From: Myxococcales bacterium
Lineage (GTDB): Bacteria; Myxococcota_A; Polyangia; Polyangiales; Polyangiaceae
Direction of reading: 5' to 3'
DNA: 63,821 nt
NCBI GenBank assembly: GCA_016704525.1
Contig: JADIZX010000009.1
Span: forward strand, 170,625 to 234,445
In this document: positions 38,633-48,282 of the stretch, in pieces
How the letters are laid out: each line of letters starts with the position of its first letter
How positions within the stretch are numbered: the first letter of the stretch is position 1
The notes under the pieces: model-generated
Databases searched by the model: none
Told to the model about the DNA's origin: nothing
The model's input: only the letters and a program-made list of their open reading frames with translations
Position numbers and translations under genes: made by a program

Positions 38633-40512
38633 TTGCAGGTCTCCGGGGCGACGGCGCCGGCGAGCGCCGCGTGCCGGGCGGCCTCGGCGTCCAGCGCCAT
38701 GCTCTTCTCGAGCGCCGCGAGCCGGAGGTAGCCGCAGGGCGCGTGCGTCTTGCCGACCCGCTCGCGCAGCTTGGCGATGCGGTCGCGGCCCGCGGGCTCC
38801 CACACCTCGGCGAAGTACCGGCGCGTGGCCACCCCGCCGTCGGTGCCCTCCTCGGGGCCCGGCTCGCTGAACGCGGGGACGAGGGCGAGGCCCGCGACGA
38901 CCAGGCCGCCCGCCGCGCGCCCCACGCGGCGCGCCCAGGTCTCGCGCGGGGGCGGCGCGAAGACCAGCAGCGAGCCGCAGGCGAGCGCGCCCGCGAGCAC
39001 CACGAGGTAGCCAAAAGTCGGCGAGGAAACCCCTGCGAGATCAAGGAGATGGCGAGGCACAAAGCCCGCGCGCAGCAGCGGCAGCGCGACCTCCGGGAGC
39101 GGCCGCCCCACGGTCTCGGGGAGCGTGTTGCACAGCACCGACACGAGGCCGGTCTGCGCGGCGCTCGCGAGGGCGGCGCCAGCCGCGAGGGCCCTCACCC
39201 ACACTCGACGTGAGCGGCGCCCCCGCGCGAGCTGCTCTTGGGCGGTCACGGCGCCGAGCACGAGGAAGGCGGGGCACGCCCCGAGGTACCTCGGGCCCAC
39301 GGTCCACCCGCCACGCCAGTTGATGGCGGCGCTCACGGTGAGCACGAGCACACCGCAGGCGGCGAGCCACACGAGCGTGGCGCCGCGGCGAGCCCCGCGG
39401 CTCCGCGGACCGCCGAACCCCGAGAGCACGCCGAACGGCACGACGAGGAGGCCGAGCCACAGATAGGGGCTCGTGCCGAAGAGCCCGTAGCCGCGGTTGA
39501 AGAGGAGGCTGCCCGCGTGCCCGAGATCGGGCGTCTGGATACCGAAATAGCCCTGGTTGAGCAGCCGCGCGAACTCGCCGTTTTCGCTCATGCGGTGGCC
39601 CGGCGTGAGGGGGCTGCCGAACGCGCGCCACTGGAAGAACGCCATGAGCGCGACGTGGAGGAGTCCGCCGCCTGCGAGCGCGGCGAACGGCCCCACCCGT
39701 CGGCGATGGAAGGACGGCCTGAAGGTGACCGCGGCGTAGAGCGCGAGCACCACCGACACCGGCAGCGCGTGGTACTCGAGCAGCGTGACCCACCCGGCGC
39801 AGAAGCCGGCGACGAACGCGTCACGCGCGGTGCGGTCTCGCGACGGCGTGGTGCGGGCGCGCGCCGTGACGGCGAACGACACGAAGGCGGCGACGGCGAA
39901 GAGCGCGTGGCTCGCGAACATGAGGGCGTACGCGAGGTAGTTCGTGCCGAGCCCCAGCGCGGCCACGGCGGCCAGGCGGAGCACCGGATCGCGGGTCGTC
40001 GCGCGCAGATAGCGCTCGAGCCACACGAGGAACGCCAAGCACGGGAGCTGCACGCTGAAGAGACGCAGCGCCCACGTGGCGTCGGCGAGCCAGCGCGCGC
40101 GCGCTTCGGGCGGCGAGCGGAGCGTGGGTACCGGGCGGCCGAGCCGTGGCATCACCTTCGTGAAGGCCCAGTAGACCGGCACTCCGGCGTAGCTCACCGC
40201 GGGCGCCTTCACCGAGTAGAGGTGGAACACGCCGGTCTTCTGGTCGGGCGCCCGCGCCATGTCGTTGGTCCAGCCGTGGCGGTCGACCATCGCGTCGATC
40301 TTGAACGTGCCCTCCTCGACCAGGGCCATGGTCATGTAGGTGCGCACGTTCTCGTTCGGGTTGTTGATGACCCCGATGTACGGGAACACGCCGACATAGA
40401 CGACGAGCAGGAGCGCGAAGAACGCGCCCACGAACCCTGGCGTCTTGACGTTCCGAGCGCCCACCCCGACCCGTGTATCACCTCGCGCGTGTGTGTGTGT
40501 AGGCCGACTCAC
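38629..40512 (-). CDS. Polytopic integral membrane protein (GT-C/PMT-ArnT-like architecture, putative glycosyltransferase).
   Basis: GTG start overlapping the stop of the amidotransferase (GTGA). Many TM helices. The first extracytoplasmic loop holds the acidic motif ALVEEGTFKIDAMVDRHGW. Confidence 0.55.
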   Translation of the reverse strand: MSRPTHTHARGDTRVGVGARNVKTPGFVGAFFALLLVVYVGVFPYIGVINNPNENVRTYMTMALVEEGTFKIDAMVDRHGWTNDMARAPDQKTGVFHLYSVKAPAVSYAGVPVYWAFTKVMPRLGRPVPTLRSPPEARARWLADATWALRLFSVQLPCLAFLVWLERYLRATTRDPVLRLAAVAALGLGTNYLAYALMFASHALFAVAAFVSFAVTARARTTPSRDRTARDAFVAGFCAGWVTLLEYHALPVSVVLALYAAVTFRPSFHRRRVGPFAALAGGGLLHVALMAFFQWRAFGSPLTPGHRMSENGEFARLLNQGYFGIQTPDLGHAGSLLFNRGYGLFGTSPYLWLGLLVVPFGVLSGFGGPRSRGARRGATLVWLAACGVLVLTVSAAINWRGGWTVGPRYLGACPAFLVLGAVTAQEQLARGRRSRRVWVRALAAGAALASAAQTGLVSVLCNTLPETVGRPLPEVALPLLRAGFVPRHLLDLAGVSSPTFGYLVVLAGALACGSLLVFAPPPRETWARRVGRAAGGLVVAGLALVPAFSEPGPEEGTDGGVATRRYFAEVWEPAGRDRIAKLRERVGKTHAPCGYLRLAALEKSMALDAEAARHAALAGAVAPETCK

Positions 40513-41264
40513 GCGACGCGGCGGAGGTGGCGCGGCGCGTGCTCGATCTTGGTTTCGGGGGCGCGGTCCATGCGGATCAGCGCGCCTTCCTCGACGAGCG
40601 CCCAGGGCTCGCTCGTGAGCTGTTCGGAGGCCACGATGGCCTCACCGTTCGGGCGCTCGAGCAGGAACATGCTCCGTCCGAAGCGGTGGGCGTAGGTGCT
40701 CTCGCCGTCGGACAGGAGAAAGTTGAAGGCGCCCATCCCCGGGCGGGCGCGGAGCTCGGCGCAGGTCTCGGCGACGAGGCGATCGGTGGCGGCGCTCGCC
40801 GGGGCGCCGGTGAGGCCCACCTCGTCGAGGCGGGTGAGGAGGAAGGCGAACAAGCGCTCGCTGTCGGTGTCGCCCCGGACCTCGTCGGCGCGCTCGGGCG
40901 CGGTGTGCGCGCGTAGATAAGCCACGTCGGTCACCGTGCCGTTGTGCGCGAAGACCCACCGGCCTTGGGCGCAGGCGAAAGGGTGCGTGTTCTCGAGCGA
41001 CGTCGGGCCCACGGTCTTCTGGCGAATGTGCCCGATGAGCACCGACGCGCGGGTGGCCGCCGCCAGCGCCCGAAAGCGCACGCAATCGAGCGCCCGCTCG
41101 ACCCCACGGTGGACCTCCCAGGCGCGTCCGCGCGGCTCGAAGAGCGCGACCCCCCAGCCGTCCGGGTGCTCGCGGGAGAGCTCGGCGAGGCTCCGCGGCC
41201 CCGCCTGGAGACAGGCCCGAAGCTCGACCGCTTGAGCGGCGACCATGGCGAGAAACCTGCACAT
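40509..41264 (-). CDS. Class II (Ntn-type) glutamine amidotransferase domain protein (YafJ/EgtC-like).
   Basis: Start MCRFLAMV, with the Cys2 nucleophile right after Met. ...GWGVALFE...HIRQKTVG...NTHPF...FAHNG matches GATase_6 features. Confidence 0.7.
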   Translation of the reverse strand: MCRFLAMVAAQAVELRACLQAGPRSLAELSREHPDGWGVALFEPRGRAWEVHRGVERALDCVRFRALAAATRASVLIGHIRQKTVGPTSLENTHPFACAQGRWVFAHNGTVTDVAYLRAHTAPERADEVRGDTDSERLFAFLLTRLDEVGLTGAPASAATDRLVAETCAELRARPGMGAFNFLLSDGESTYAHRFGRSMFLLERPNGEAIVASEQLTSEPWALVEEGALIRMDRAPETKIEHAPRHLRRVA

Positions 41265-41358
41265 TGTCGTGTGGTTCAGTTTACCTCGTGCCCCTCGACG
41301 GGGCACGAAAGTGGCGCCGTTTTCCGGTGCGAGCCGCCGCCCGCGCCGCCCGCGAGGG

Positions 41359-42066
41359 TCAGTGCGCCGGGTAGCTCGGAGCCGCGGGCGCGAGGCGAGG
41401 ATCGAGGGTGACCTTCACCGTCGAGTCGGCGAGCGCGAGATCGATCGAGGCACACTGCTTGGCCTCCACGCCGACCCCCTCGGCGTGGTCCGCGAGCTTC
41501 CCGAGGGCGGTGTACTCTCGATCCGCCGCCTCGGCGTCTCGCCGCGCGAGGGCGTCGCGGATCGCGGGCGCCCGCGCATCGGCGGCGCGGATCGCCACGT
41601 TGAGCTGCGTGAGCTTCTCGGTGAGGCACGCGGTGACCACGAGGTCGCGATCACGGCGGGCGCGCTGGAGGCGCCTGCGGACGAGCGTCGACTGAGCTCG
41701 CATGCGGTCGAGGCGACGCTGCGACTCGGTGAGCTGCTCCTCCGGCGTGAGGCGTGTCTTCTTGTGCGCCGCCTCGGCTGTGGCTGTGACCACGGGTGTC
41801 GCCTCCGCGGCCTGCGGGCGAGGTGCGACGGTGGCCGGCGGTGTGGGCCGGGCAGCCGGCTCGGCCGGCGGCGCGGGGCTTGGCGGGGCAGGCGGGGCAG
41901 GCGGGGCAGGCGGGGCAGGCCGGGCAGGCGGGGAAGGCTGGGAAGGCTGGGAAGGCGTGGTCGCGACGTGCGCGGCGGACGCGGGCGGCGACGCGAGCGC
42001 CAGCGCCCCGTGTCCCACGAGCACGGCGGCGACCAGCACCCCGAGGAGGAGGCTCTTCGTCTTCAT
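41359..42066 (-). CDS. Secreted Pro-rich, coiled-coil protein (hypothetical).
   Basis: Start MKTKSLLLGVLVAAVLVGHGALALA (signal peptide). A (PAPPAPP)n region is encoded by a (GGCGGGGCA)n repeat. The rest is a helical C-terminal domain. Confidence 0.5.
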   Translation of the reverse strand: MKTKSLLLGVLVAAVLVGHGALALASPPASAAHVATTPSQPSQPSPPARPAPPAPPAPPAPPSPAPPAEPAARPTPPATVAPRPQAAEATPVVTATAEAAHKKTRLTPEEQLTESQRRLDRMRAQSTLVRRRLQRARRDRDLVVTACLTEKLTQLNVAIRAADARAPAIRDALARRDAEAADREYTALGKLADHAEGVGVEAKQCASIDLALADSTVKVTLDPRLAPAAPSYPAH

Positions 42067-42175
42067 CGTAAAAGGATCTGGTGCGCGGGCCGCGGCGATC
42101 ATTCGCGCGACCTCGCGCCGCAGCGCGCGGATCGGCGCACGTGCGCTCGCCCGCCCCCGTGCTATTGGACCTCCG

Positions 42176-43267
42176 GTGAGGTCCACCAACCTGGTCGCGT
42201 GCGCCGCTCTGCCCGTCGCGTCCGCCGCGCTCGCCGCGCTCGCCGCGCTCGCCGCGTGTGGTGGCCCGCGCGAGCACACGAGCACGGGCGAGGGCTCGAG
42301 CGCGATCCAGGGAGGCACCGAGGACGACGTCCACACCTTCGCGGTGGCCGTGATCATGCCGGAGTCCACCTGCTCGGGGACGCTCATCGCGCCGAACCTG
42401 GTGCTCACCGCGCGCCACTGCGTCGCCGACAGCGGCAACAGCGACGAGGTCGACTGCGCGCGCGACCGGTTCTCCGCGCCCGCGCCGGCGAGCCGCTTCT
42501 CCGTGACCACCGCGAAGGTCGTTCGCGGCAGCACGGCGCGATACCGCGTGGCGAAGATCGTCGTGCCCTCGGAGTCCAAGTTCTGCGGCAACGACATCGC
42601 CCTGCTGCAGCTCACCGACAACGTTCCTGCCTCGGAGGCGACGCCGGCCACCCCGGCGCTCGACCCGCCGATGACCTCGCACCCCCTCTACGGCACCACG
42701 GTGGCGACGCTGGGCTACGGCATTTCGGGCCCCAAGAAGACCGACGACGGCACGCGGAGGCTGCGTGAGGACGTCCCCATCCAGTGCACCCCGGGCGATC
42801 CCGAGAAGAGCTGCCGCCTCTCGGACTTCGACATCACCCCCACCGAGTTCGTCGCCGGCGACGGCCTGTGCTCGGGCGACTCCGGCGGCAGCGCGTTCGA
42901 CCAAGAGAGCTTCACGCGCGGGCGCCCCGTCACGTTCGGCGTGCTCTCGCGAGCCAGCGAGACCGGCTTCAAGTGCATCGATGCCGTATTCACCCGCACC
43001 GACGCGTTCGCGGGCCTGCTCGTCGCGGCCGCGACCGAGGCCGCGGAACAGGGCGGCTATCCGCTGCCCGTGTGGGCAGGCGGGGCGGGCAGCGCCGACG
43101 CGGGGGCCGAGGGCGGGCCCGCGGCTCCCCCCACGGTGGAGGCCACGAGCCCACCGGGAGCGGCCTGCGCGACCGGCTCAGCGGGTCGAGGCCCCTTGGG
43201 CGCCGCCCCCGTCACGCTGGTCGCGGTCCTCGCTTGCGTCGCCGCGGCGTGGAGGCGACGGCGCTAG
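42176..43267 (+). CDS. Trypsin-like (S1 family) serine protease lipoprotein with a MYXO-CTERM-like C-terminal sorting tail.
   Basis: LTARHC (His), GDSGG (Ser), lipobox LAALAAC, and the tail ...GAACATGSAG...PVTLVAVLACVAAAWRRRR. A GTG start at 42176 was inferred. Confidence 0.75.
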   Translation: MRSTNLVACAALPVASAALAALAALAACGGPREHTSTGEGSSAIQGGTEDDVHTFAVAVIMPESTCSGTLIAPNLVLTARHCVADSGNSDEVDCARDRFSAPAPASRFSVTTAKVVRGSTARYRVAKIVVPSESKFCGNDIALLQLTDNVPASEATPATPALDPPMTSHPLYGTTVATLGYGISGPKKTDDGTRRLREDVPIQCTPGDPEKSCRLSDFDITPTEFVAGDGLCSGDSGGSAFDQESFTRGRPVTFGVLSRASETGFKCIDAVFTRTDAFAGLLVAAATEAAEQGGYPLPVWAGGAGSADAGAEGGPAAPPTVEATSPPGAACATGSAGRGPLGAAPVTLVAVLACVAAAWRRRR

Positions 43268-43346
43268 CAGCCCGTTGATCTGCGGACCGAGACCTGTCGT
43301 CGTCCGCGCCCGACCCGCCGAGGCGCGAACCGATGAGCCCTGCCCA
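43265..43346. repeat. Short element with inverted termini, TAGCAGCCCGTTGAT ... CCCAGGCTGCTAC.
   Basis: Shares its first 15 nt with the 33747 element and, like it, begins on the TAG stop of the preceding gene. Confidence 0.4.
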
Positions 43347-43351
43347 GGCTG

Positions 43352-45442
43352 CTACGGGCACCCGGCGGAGTCGACCTCGTGCGCGCCGTACGCGACGGGC
43401 GCCGAGCGCGCGGTGCCGAAGAGATCGGTCTTGGCGTCGTTGTGCGCCCCCGCGCCCCCGCGGACTCGACAGCTCGCGCCGGAGGTCAGCTTCCAGCCCG
43501 TCTCGAGGAGTCGCTTCGTGCCGAAGTCCGCCTCGGTGGCGCCTTCCATGTAGGGGAGGAGCGCGCCGAAGCTGCCGTTCGCCGAGGCCTCCTTCACGCA
43601 CAGCGCCGCCGGGATCGTCTTGCAGTCGGCCTGGATGAATACGTTATTTCGTATTTGCTCGGGCTTGTACCAGTTGGCCGCTATCATCTCCTCGAGGGTG
43701 TTGTACACGTCGTTCGGCCGCGGAGCGCCGTCCTTCGCGTTGGTGTGGATCATCAACACCGCCGGCCCGCGAAAGTTCACGAATGCGTTGTTCTCCACGA
43801 GGCCGAGCGCCTCGTCGGCCTCCACCAGGGTGAACGCGAACTCCCCCGCTCCCGCGCCGCCCACCGTGAGCGCGAGGTTGTTCTGGACGACGGCGCCGGT
43901 GTAGCCGATGGCCATATAGAACGGTCGGACGACGTCCCAACCCTTCCCGCCCTTCTGGGAGTTCTCGGTGGGGGGCGACACCGGATCGCCCGCGACCGTA
44001 AACAGCGTGTTGTGGATGGCGCGCCCGCCGTGGCCGCGATCGTCGAACATGAGCGCGGTCGCGTTGCGCTCGTTGTAGAAGCCCTTCTTGCCCTCGACGT
44101 TGAAGCCCGCCATCGAGGCGGGCGACACCGTGTCGGAGTAGAGGCCACCCGAGAACACCATATTATTGACCACGAGCGCGTCCTCCGCGTGGTCGACGCG
44201 AATGCCACGGACGAACACGAAGCTGCGGTCCATGTTGGTCTCGGGGTCGGGCGGGTCCATCACGGCGTCGCCGCCGTACACCCGGTTTCCTTCGACGTGG
44301 ATCCGCGCGGTCTCGGCCGCGAGGATGCCCCAGATGAGGCAGGTCTCGAAGCAGGAGGCGATACCCCCCTTGATGACGTTGCCCACGATGTTGAGCTCGG
44401 TGTCGCCGACCGCCGCCACGCCGATGCCGCCGTTGTAGCCGCTCGCCTCCATGCGAGGCTTGTCCCACGTGATGAAGTTGTTGCGTATCTCGCGCTTGCC
44501 CGCCGAGGCGACCGAGATCGCGGTGGTCGCGTCGGCGCCGGTGCCCGAACCGCCGTTCACGACGTTCTCCACCACCTCGACGTCGCCGCCGCCCTGCAGC
44601 AGCATGCCGTACGAGCCGTTGCCCGCGCCGCGACCCTTGCGCGCGTTCTCGGGGGTGTCGGGCTCGTAGCACTTGCCCTCGCCACCATAGATGTCGTTGT
44701 TCTTGATGAGCGGCGAGCCGTCGATGACCCAAACGCCCATGCTGCCGAAGGTGGACGAGCAGATGCCGTTCCCACCCTTGATCTTGTTGTCACTCAGGGT
44801 CGGCGACGCACCGTCGGTGATGGTGACCCCCACGGTGCCCGAGTTGCCCTCTCCCGCGTCGATCGTGAGCCCGTCGATGATGGTGTCGGTCCGGGTGATC
44901 TTGGTGTCTTGGCGGCGCAGGACGAACGTGAGGGGCGAGTTGTACTCCGGCGAGTAGGCGCCGTTCTGGAGGATGGTCTCGTTCGTCGACTTGAAGCCCT
45001 TCGCGTACCCGAAGCCGTCGTCGCGCTTGAATCCCGCGCAGTCGTACCCTCCGCGGATGGAGAGCGGATACTCCACCACGAGCTGCGACTCCTTGTAGGT
45101 GCCCGCGCACACATGAACTTCCCACGGGAGCACGCCGCCGTCGGTTTGGAAGCCCGCGCGCGCCTTGGTGATGGCGCCCACCGCCGCCTTGATGGTCGCC
45201 TTGGGCTTCGCGGGGGAGCAGCCGTCGTTCTTGTCGTCGCCCTTGGCGGATACGTACAGGAAGCGCTCCGGGCCGCTGCACGGCGGCGGGAGCACGCAGT
45301 CTTCGCCGACCCCGCACCGCCCGTTCGCGCCGCCCGCGTCGGCCAGCGTGCCGGGCAGCTCGAGCTCGCCGCAGCCCGTGGAGGTCGCCGAGCCACCCGT
45401 GACGATCAGCGAAAGCCCGCCAAGAAAAAGCCATCTCCGCAT
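43352..45442 (-). CDS. Large right-handed beta-helix repeat lipoprotein (pectate-lyase-fold-like).
   Basis: Lipobox ...GSATSTGC. N-cap FLYVSAKGDDKNDG...KPKATIKAAV...HVCAGTYKE. Many PbH1-type repeats (NNxI/GG). Confidence 0.8.
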   Translation of the reverse strand: MRRWLFLGGLSLIVTGGSATSTGCGELELPGTLADAGGANGRCGVGEDCVLPPPCSGPERFLYVSAKGDDKNDGCSPAKPKATIKAAVGAITKARAGFQTDGGVLPWEVHVCAGTYKESQLVVEYPLSIRGGYDCAGFKRDDGFGYAKGFKSTNETILQNGAYSPEYNSPLTFVLRRQDTKITRTDTIIDGLTIDAGEGNSGTVGVTITDGASPTLSDNKIKGGNGICSSTFGSMGVWVIDGSPLIKNNDIYGGEGKCYEPDTPENARKGRGAGNGSYGMLLQGGGDVEVVENVVNGGSGTGADATTAISVASAGKREIRNNFITWDKPRMEASGYNGGIGVAAVGDTELNIVGNVIKGGIASCFETCLIWGILAAETARIHVEGNRVYGGDAVMDPPDPETNMDRSFVFVRGIRVDHAEDALVVNNMVFSGGLYSDTVSPASMAGFNVEGKKGFYNERNATALMFDDRGHGGRAIHNTLFTVAGDPVSPPTENSQKGGKGWDVVRPFYMAIGYTGAVVQNNLALTVGGAGAGEFAFTLVEADEALGLVENNAFVNFRGPAVLMIHTNAKDGAPRPNDVYNTLEEMIAANWYKPEQIRNNVFIQADCKTIPAALCVKEASANGSFGALLPYMEGATEADFGTKRLLETGWKLTSGASCRVRGGAGAHNDAKTDLFGTARSAPVAYGAHEVDSAGCP

Positions 45443-45518
45443 TCTCTGGATTCTGGGCGAAATCCGCCGGTTCGTCGAGCGCCGCGCGCCGTTTCGGCGC
45501 TGCTAGTAGACTGGGCCA

Positions 45519-46037
45519 ATGTCGAGCTATCGCGACGCGCAGCCACCCGGGCTGGAGAAGACGGCGGAGCTGCACACATGGGATTCGCCGCGGTCGTGTC
45601 CGCGGTGCAAGTTCGGGCTCTACTGCGGGAAGAAAGACGACCTCGAGCTCGACGCGTGTGGCCGCTGCGGCGGCGTGTGGCTGCGCTCGGATCAGGCGAG
45701 CCGGGCGCTCTCGACCGGCTCACGGGCACACGAGGAGCTCGCCTCGAAGGTCGAGCGCGCGACGCGCGCGGCGCCGGTGCGCGAGACGGGCCCTCTGCTC
45801 TGCCCCGAGTGCGCCAAGCGAATGACGCGGGGCACCGTGGAGGGCGTCCCGATCGACACCTGCTCGCACGGCACGTGGTTCGACCGCACCGAGCTCATCG
45901 CGATCATGCGCTCCCGCCGCGGCGAGCTCTCGAACGGCCGCGGCCTCGACGCGGTCTTCCTCCGAGAGCACGCCGACCGGGAGCGGTGGGGCCCGCTCAT
46001 GTCGGCCGTCGAGGCGGTCCGCCGGCTCCTCCGCTGA
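45519..46037 (+). CDS. Zinc-ribbon domain protein with two TFIIB-type Zn ribbons.
   Basis: CPRC...CGRCGGVWL and CPEC...CSHGTWFDRTEL. Confidence 0.65.
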   Translation: MSSYRDAQPPGLEKTAELHTWDSPRSCPRCKFGLYCGKKDDLELDACGRCGGVWLRSDQASRALSTGSRAHEELASKVERATRAAPVRETGPLLCPECAKRMTRGTVEGVPIDTCSHGTWFDRTELIAIMRSRRGELSNGRGLDAVFLREHADRERWGPLMSAVEAVRRLLR

Positions 46038-46123
46038 GCCGACGCCGGCCTGGCGGCGCAGTGGGCGGCGTCCCCGCGCTGCGGTCGAGGCAGCGGTCGT
46101 GAGCGATAATCACGGCCACGGGC

Positions 46124-47644
46124 TCAGAGCAGCACGCGGAACGTGGAGGCGGCCTCGCCGTCCTGGAGCTCGACGCCGAGCTCCATCAGCTCCTTGCGGA
46201 GCGCGTCAGCGCGGGCGAAATCCTTCTGGTCGCGCGCCTCACGGCGCTCGGCCACCTTCGCCTCGATCTGGGCGCCGTCGAGCCCGCGAATGCGGAGCCG
46301 CTGCGCGCGCGTGCGCTCGAAGAACTCCTCGGCGGGCGCTCGCATGAGGCCGAGCGGGCCCACCGATCCGTCGAGCGCGTTCACACACGCGGCGGCGAGC
46401 TTGCGCGCCTCGTCTTGGGCGGGCTTGTCCTTCTTCAGCTTCGCGACCTGCTGGACGATCTCGTTGCCCGCCTTCGCGAGCTCCGCGAGCACGGAGAGCG
46501 CGACCGGGGCGTTCAGGTCCTTGTCGAGCGCGCCGAGGACGTTCGCGGCGGCGGACTCGACGACCTTCGCCTGACCTTGCAGCACGTTGCCGACCTTGGG
46601 CTCGTGCCCCGCGGCGGCGCGGAGGAGCGCCTCTCGTGTAGAATACAGGTACTCGACCCGACGCTCCGCCTCGTCGACGCCGGGGAAGACCACGCGCCCG
46701 TCGGGGCGCTTCTCCACGTCGAAAGCGAGGGGGCCGCGGTAGTGCGTGCCGAGCAGAAAGTACCGGAAGCCTTCGGGATCGTTGCGTTCGAAGACGTCGC
46801 GGATCGTCACGAAATTGCCGAGCGACTTGCTCATTTTCTCGCTGTCGACGTTCAAGAACCCGCCGTGCATCCACACCTTCGCCAGCTCCGGGCCGTGGGC
46901 GGCCTCGCTCTGCGCGATCTCGTTCTCGTGGTGCGGGAACATGAGGTCCATGCCGCCGCAGTGGATGTCGAAGTGCGGTCCGAGGTAGCGCTCCGCCATC
47001 GCGGAGCACTCGATGTGCCAGCCGGGCCTGCCCTTCCCCCAGGGGCTCTCGAAGCCGAAGGCCTCGTCGGTCGAGCCCTTCCAGAGCGCGAAGTCGAGCG
47101 GATCGCGCTTGATGTCACCGACCTCCACGCGCGCGCCAGAGAGCAGCTCGTCGATCTTCCGGCGTGAGAGCTTCCCGTAGCTCGGGAACGAGCGCACGGC
47201 GAAATACACGTCGCGCCCCTTGGGGGTGTCGGCCGCGTAGGCGTGGCCCCGCTCGATCAGCGCCGCGATGAGGGTCACGATCTCGTCGATGTGCGTGGAG
47301 ACCCGGGGCGAGTGATCGGGCGCTTGGCAGCCGAGGCGCGCGAGATCGGCGTCCGCCATGTCGCTCATGCGCCGCGAGAGCGCGAGCGGCTCCTCGCCGT
47401 TCTCGGCGGCGCGTCGCACGATCTTGTCGTCCACGTCGGTCACGTTGCGCACGTGCGTCACCCGGAGCCCTCGCGCGCGGAGGTGGCGCACCAGCACGTC
47501 GAAGGTGGTGTACGTGCGCGCGTGCCCCGCGTGGGCGAGATCGTACGTGGTGATGCCGCAGACGTAGAGACGGGCCTCGCCAGGCACCGTGGGCTCGAAG
47601 GGCTCGAGCTTCTGAGAGAGCGAGTTGTAGAGGCGTATCGACAT
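46124..47644 (-). CDS. cysS: Cysteine--tRNA ligase.
   Basis: HIGH motif ITTYDLAHAGHAR, the KMSKS motif, and the Cys-binding region ...WHIECSAM... Confidence 0.95.
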   Translation of the reverse strand: MSIRLYNSLSQKLEPFEPTVPGEARLYVCGITTYDLAHAGHARTYTTFDVLVRHLRARGLRVTHVRNVTDVDDKIVRRAAENGEEPLALSRRMSDMADADLARLGCQAPDHSPRVSTHIDEIVTLIAALIERGHAYAADTPKGRDVYFAVRSFPSYGKLSRRKIDELLSGARVEVGDIKRDPLDFALWKGSTDEAFGFESPWGKGRPGWHIECSAMAERYLGPHFDIHCGGMDLMFPHHENEIAQSEAAHGPELAKVWMHGGFLNVDSEKMSKSLGNFVTIRDVFERNDPEGFRYFLLGTHYRGPLAFDVEKRPDGRVVFPGVDEAERRVEYLYSTREALLRAAAGHEPKVGNVLQGQAKVVESAAANVLGALDKDLNAPVALSVLAELAKAGNEIVQQVAKLKKDKPAQDEARKLAAACVNALDGSVGPLGLMRAPAEEFFERTRAQRLRIRGLDGAQIEAKVAERREARDQKDFARADALRKELMELGVELQDGEAASTFRVLL

Positions 47645-47721
47645 GGCCGCGCGACTCTACACGAAGCTCGGCCGCGTTCGGCCTCCGAGTGTTCCAGGGG
47701 CGTGGTAACCTTCGCCCGGCC

Positions 47722-48282
47722 ATGTCTCCGTCCAGCGCGAGCGTCCGCCTCCGCGTTTTCGTGCAGATTGCAGCCATCTCGGCGGCAGTCCTAGGGAGCG
47801 GCGCGCTCGGTTGCGGTGGGGGCCGCTCGTTCGATGCCGGCGTCTTCCGGCAGGGCGAGCACATCGCGTTCCGCGTCCCCGAGCCGCCCGCCAGCTGGCG
47901 GCGCCTGGAGATGGCGCAGGCGAGCCTCGCCTTCCGCGACGACGCGGCGGGCGCGAGCGTCCTCGTGAACGCGCAGTGCAAGCGCGCCGACGACGACACG
48001 CCGCTCGCGGCGCTCACGAACCACCTCCTCATCGGCACGACCGAGCGGCAGCTCGAGTCGCAGACCGTGGCCCCCTTCGACGGCCGCGAGGCCCTGCAGA
48101 CCAAGGTCCGCGCGAAGCTCGATGGCGTGCCGTTCGCGTTCGACATCTTCGTGCTGAAGAAGGATGGCTGCATCTACGACTTCGTGCTGGTGGCCCCCGA
48201 AGAGAGCGCCGAGGCGAGCCGTCCCACGTTCGAGGGGTGGGTGCGCGGGTTCCGCACGCTGCCCGGCGCGGGGGTCCTGTGA
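47722..48282 (+). CDS. Lipoprotein (hypothetical).
   Basis: Signal ...IAAISAAVLGSGALGC. The stop overlaps the GTG of the following MlaE-like gene (GTGA). Confidence 0.55.
   Translation: MSPSSASVRLRVFVQIAAISAAVLGSGALGCGGGRSFDAGVFRQGEHIAFRVPEPPASWRRLEMAQASLAFRDDAAGASVLVNAQCKRADDDTPLAALTNHLLIGTTERQLESQTVAPFDGREALQTKVRAKLDGVPFAFDIFVLKKDGCIYDFVLVAPEESAEASRPTFEGWVRGFRTLPGAGVL

Noticed and set aside
41702-42175. The long 5' extension of the protease ORF (MRSRRRCDSV...) and of the Mo-oxidoreductase ORF (34626..34823).
   Set aside because: The extensions are low-complexity Ala/Arg/Gly sequence and overlap convergent or divergent genes. A functional signal peptide and lipobox begin at GTG 42176, and the Fe-S motif follows ATG 34824.
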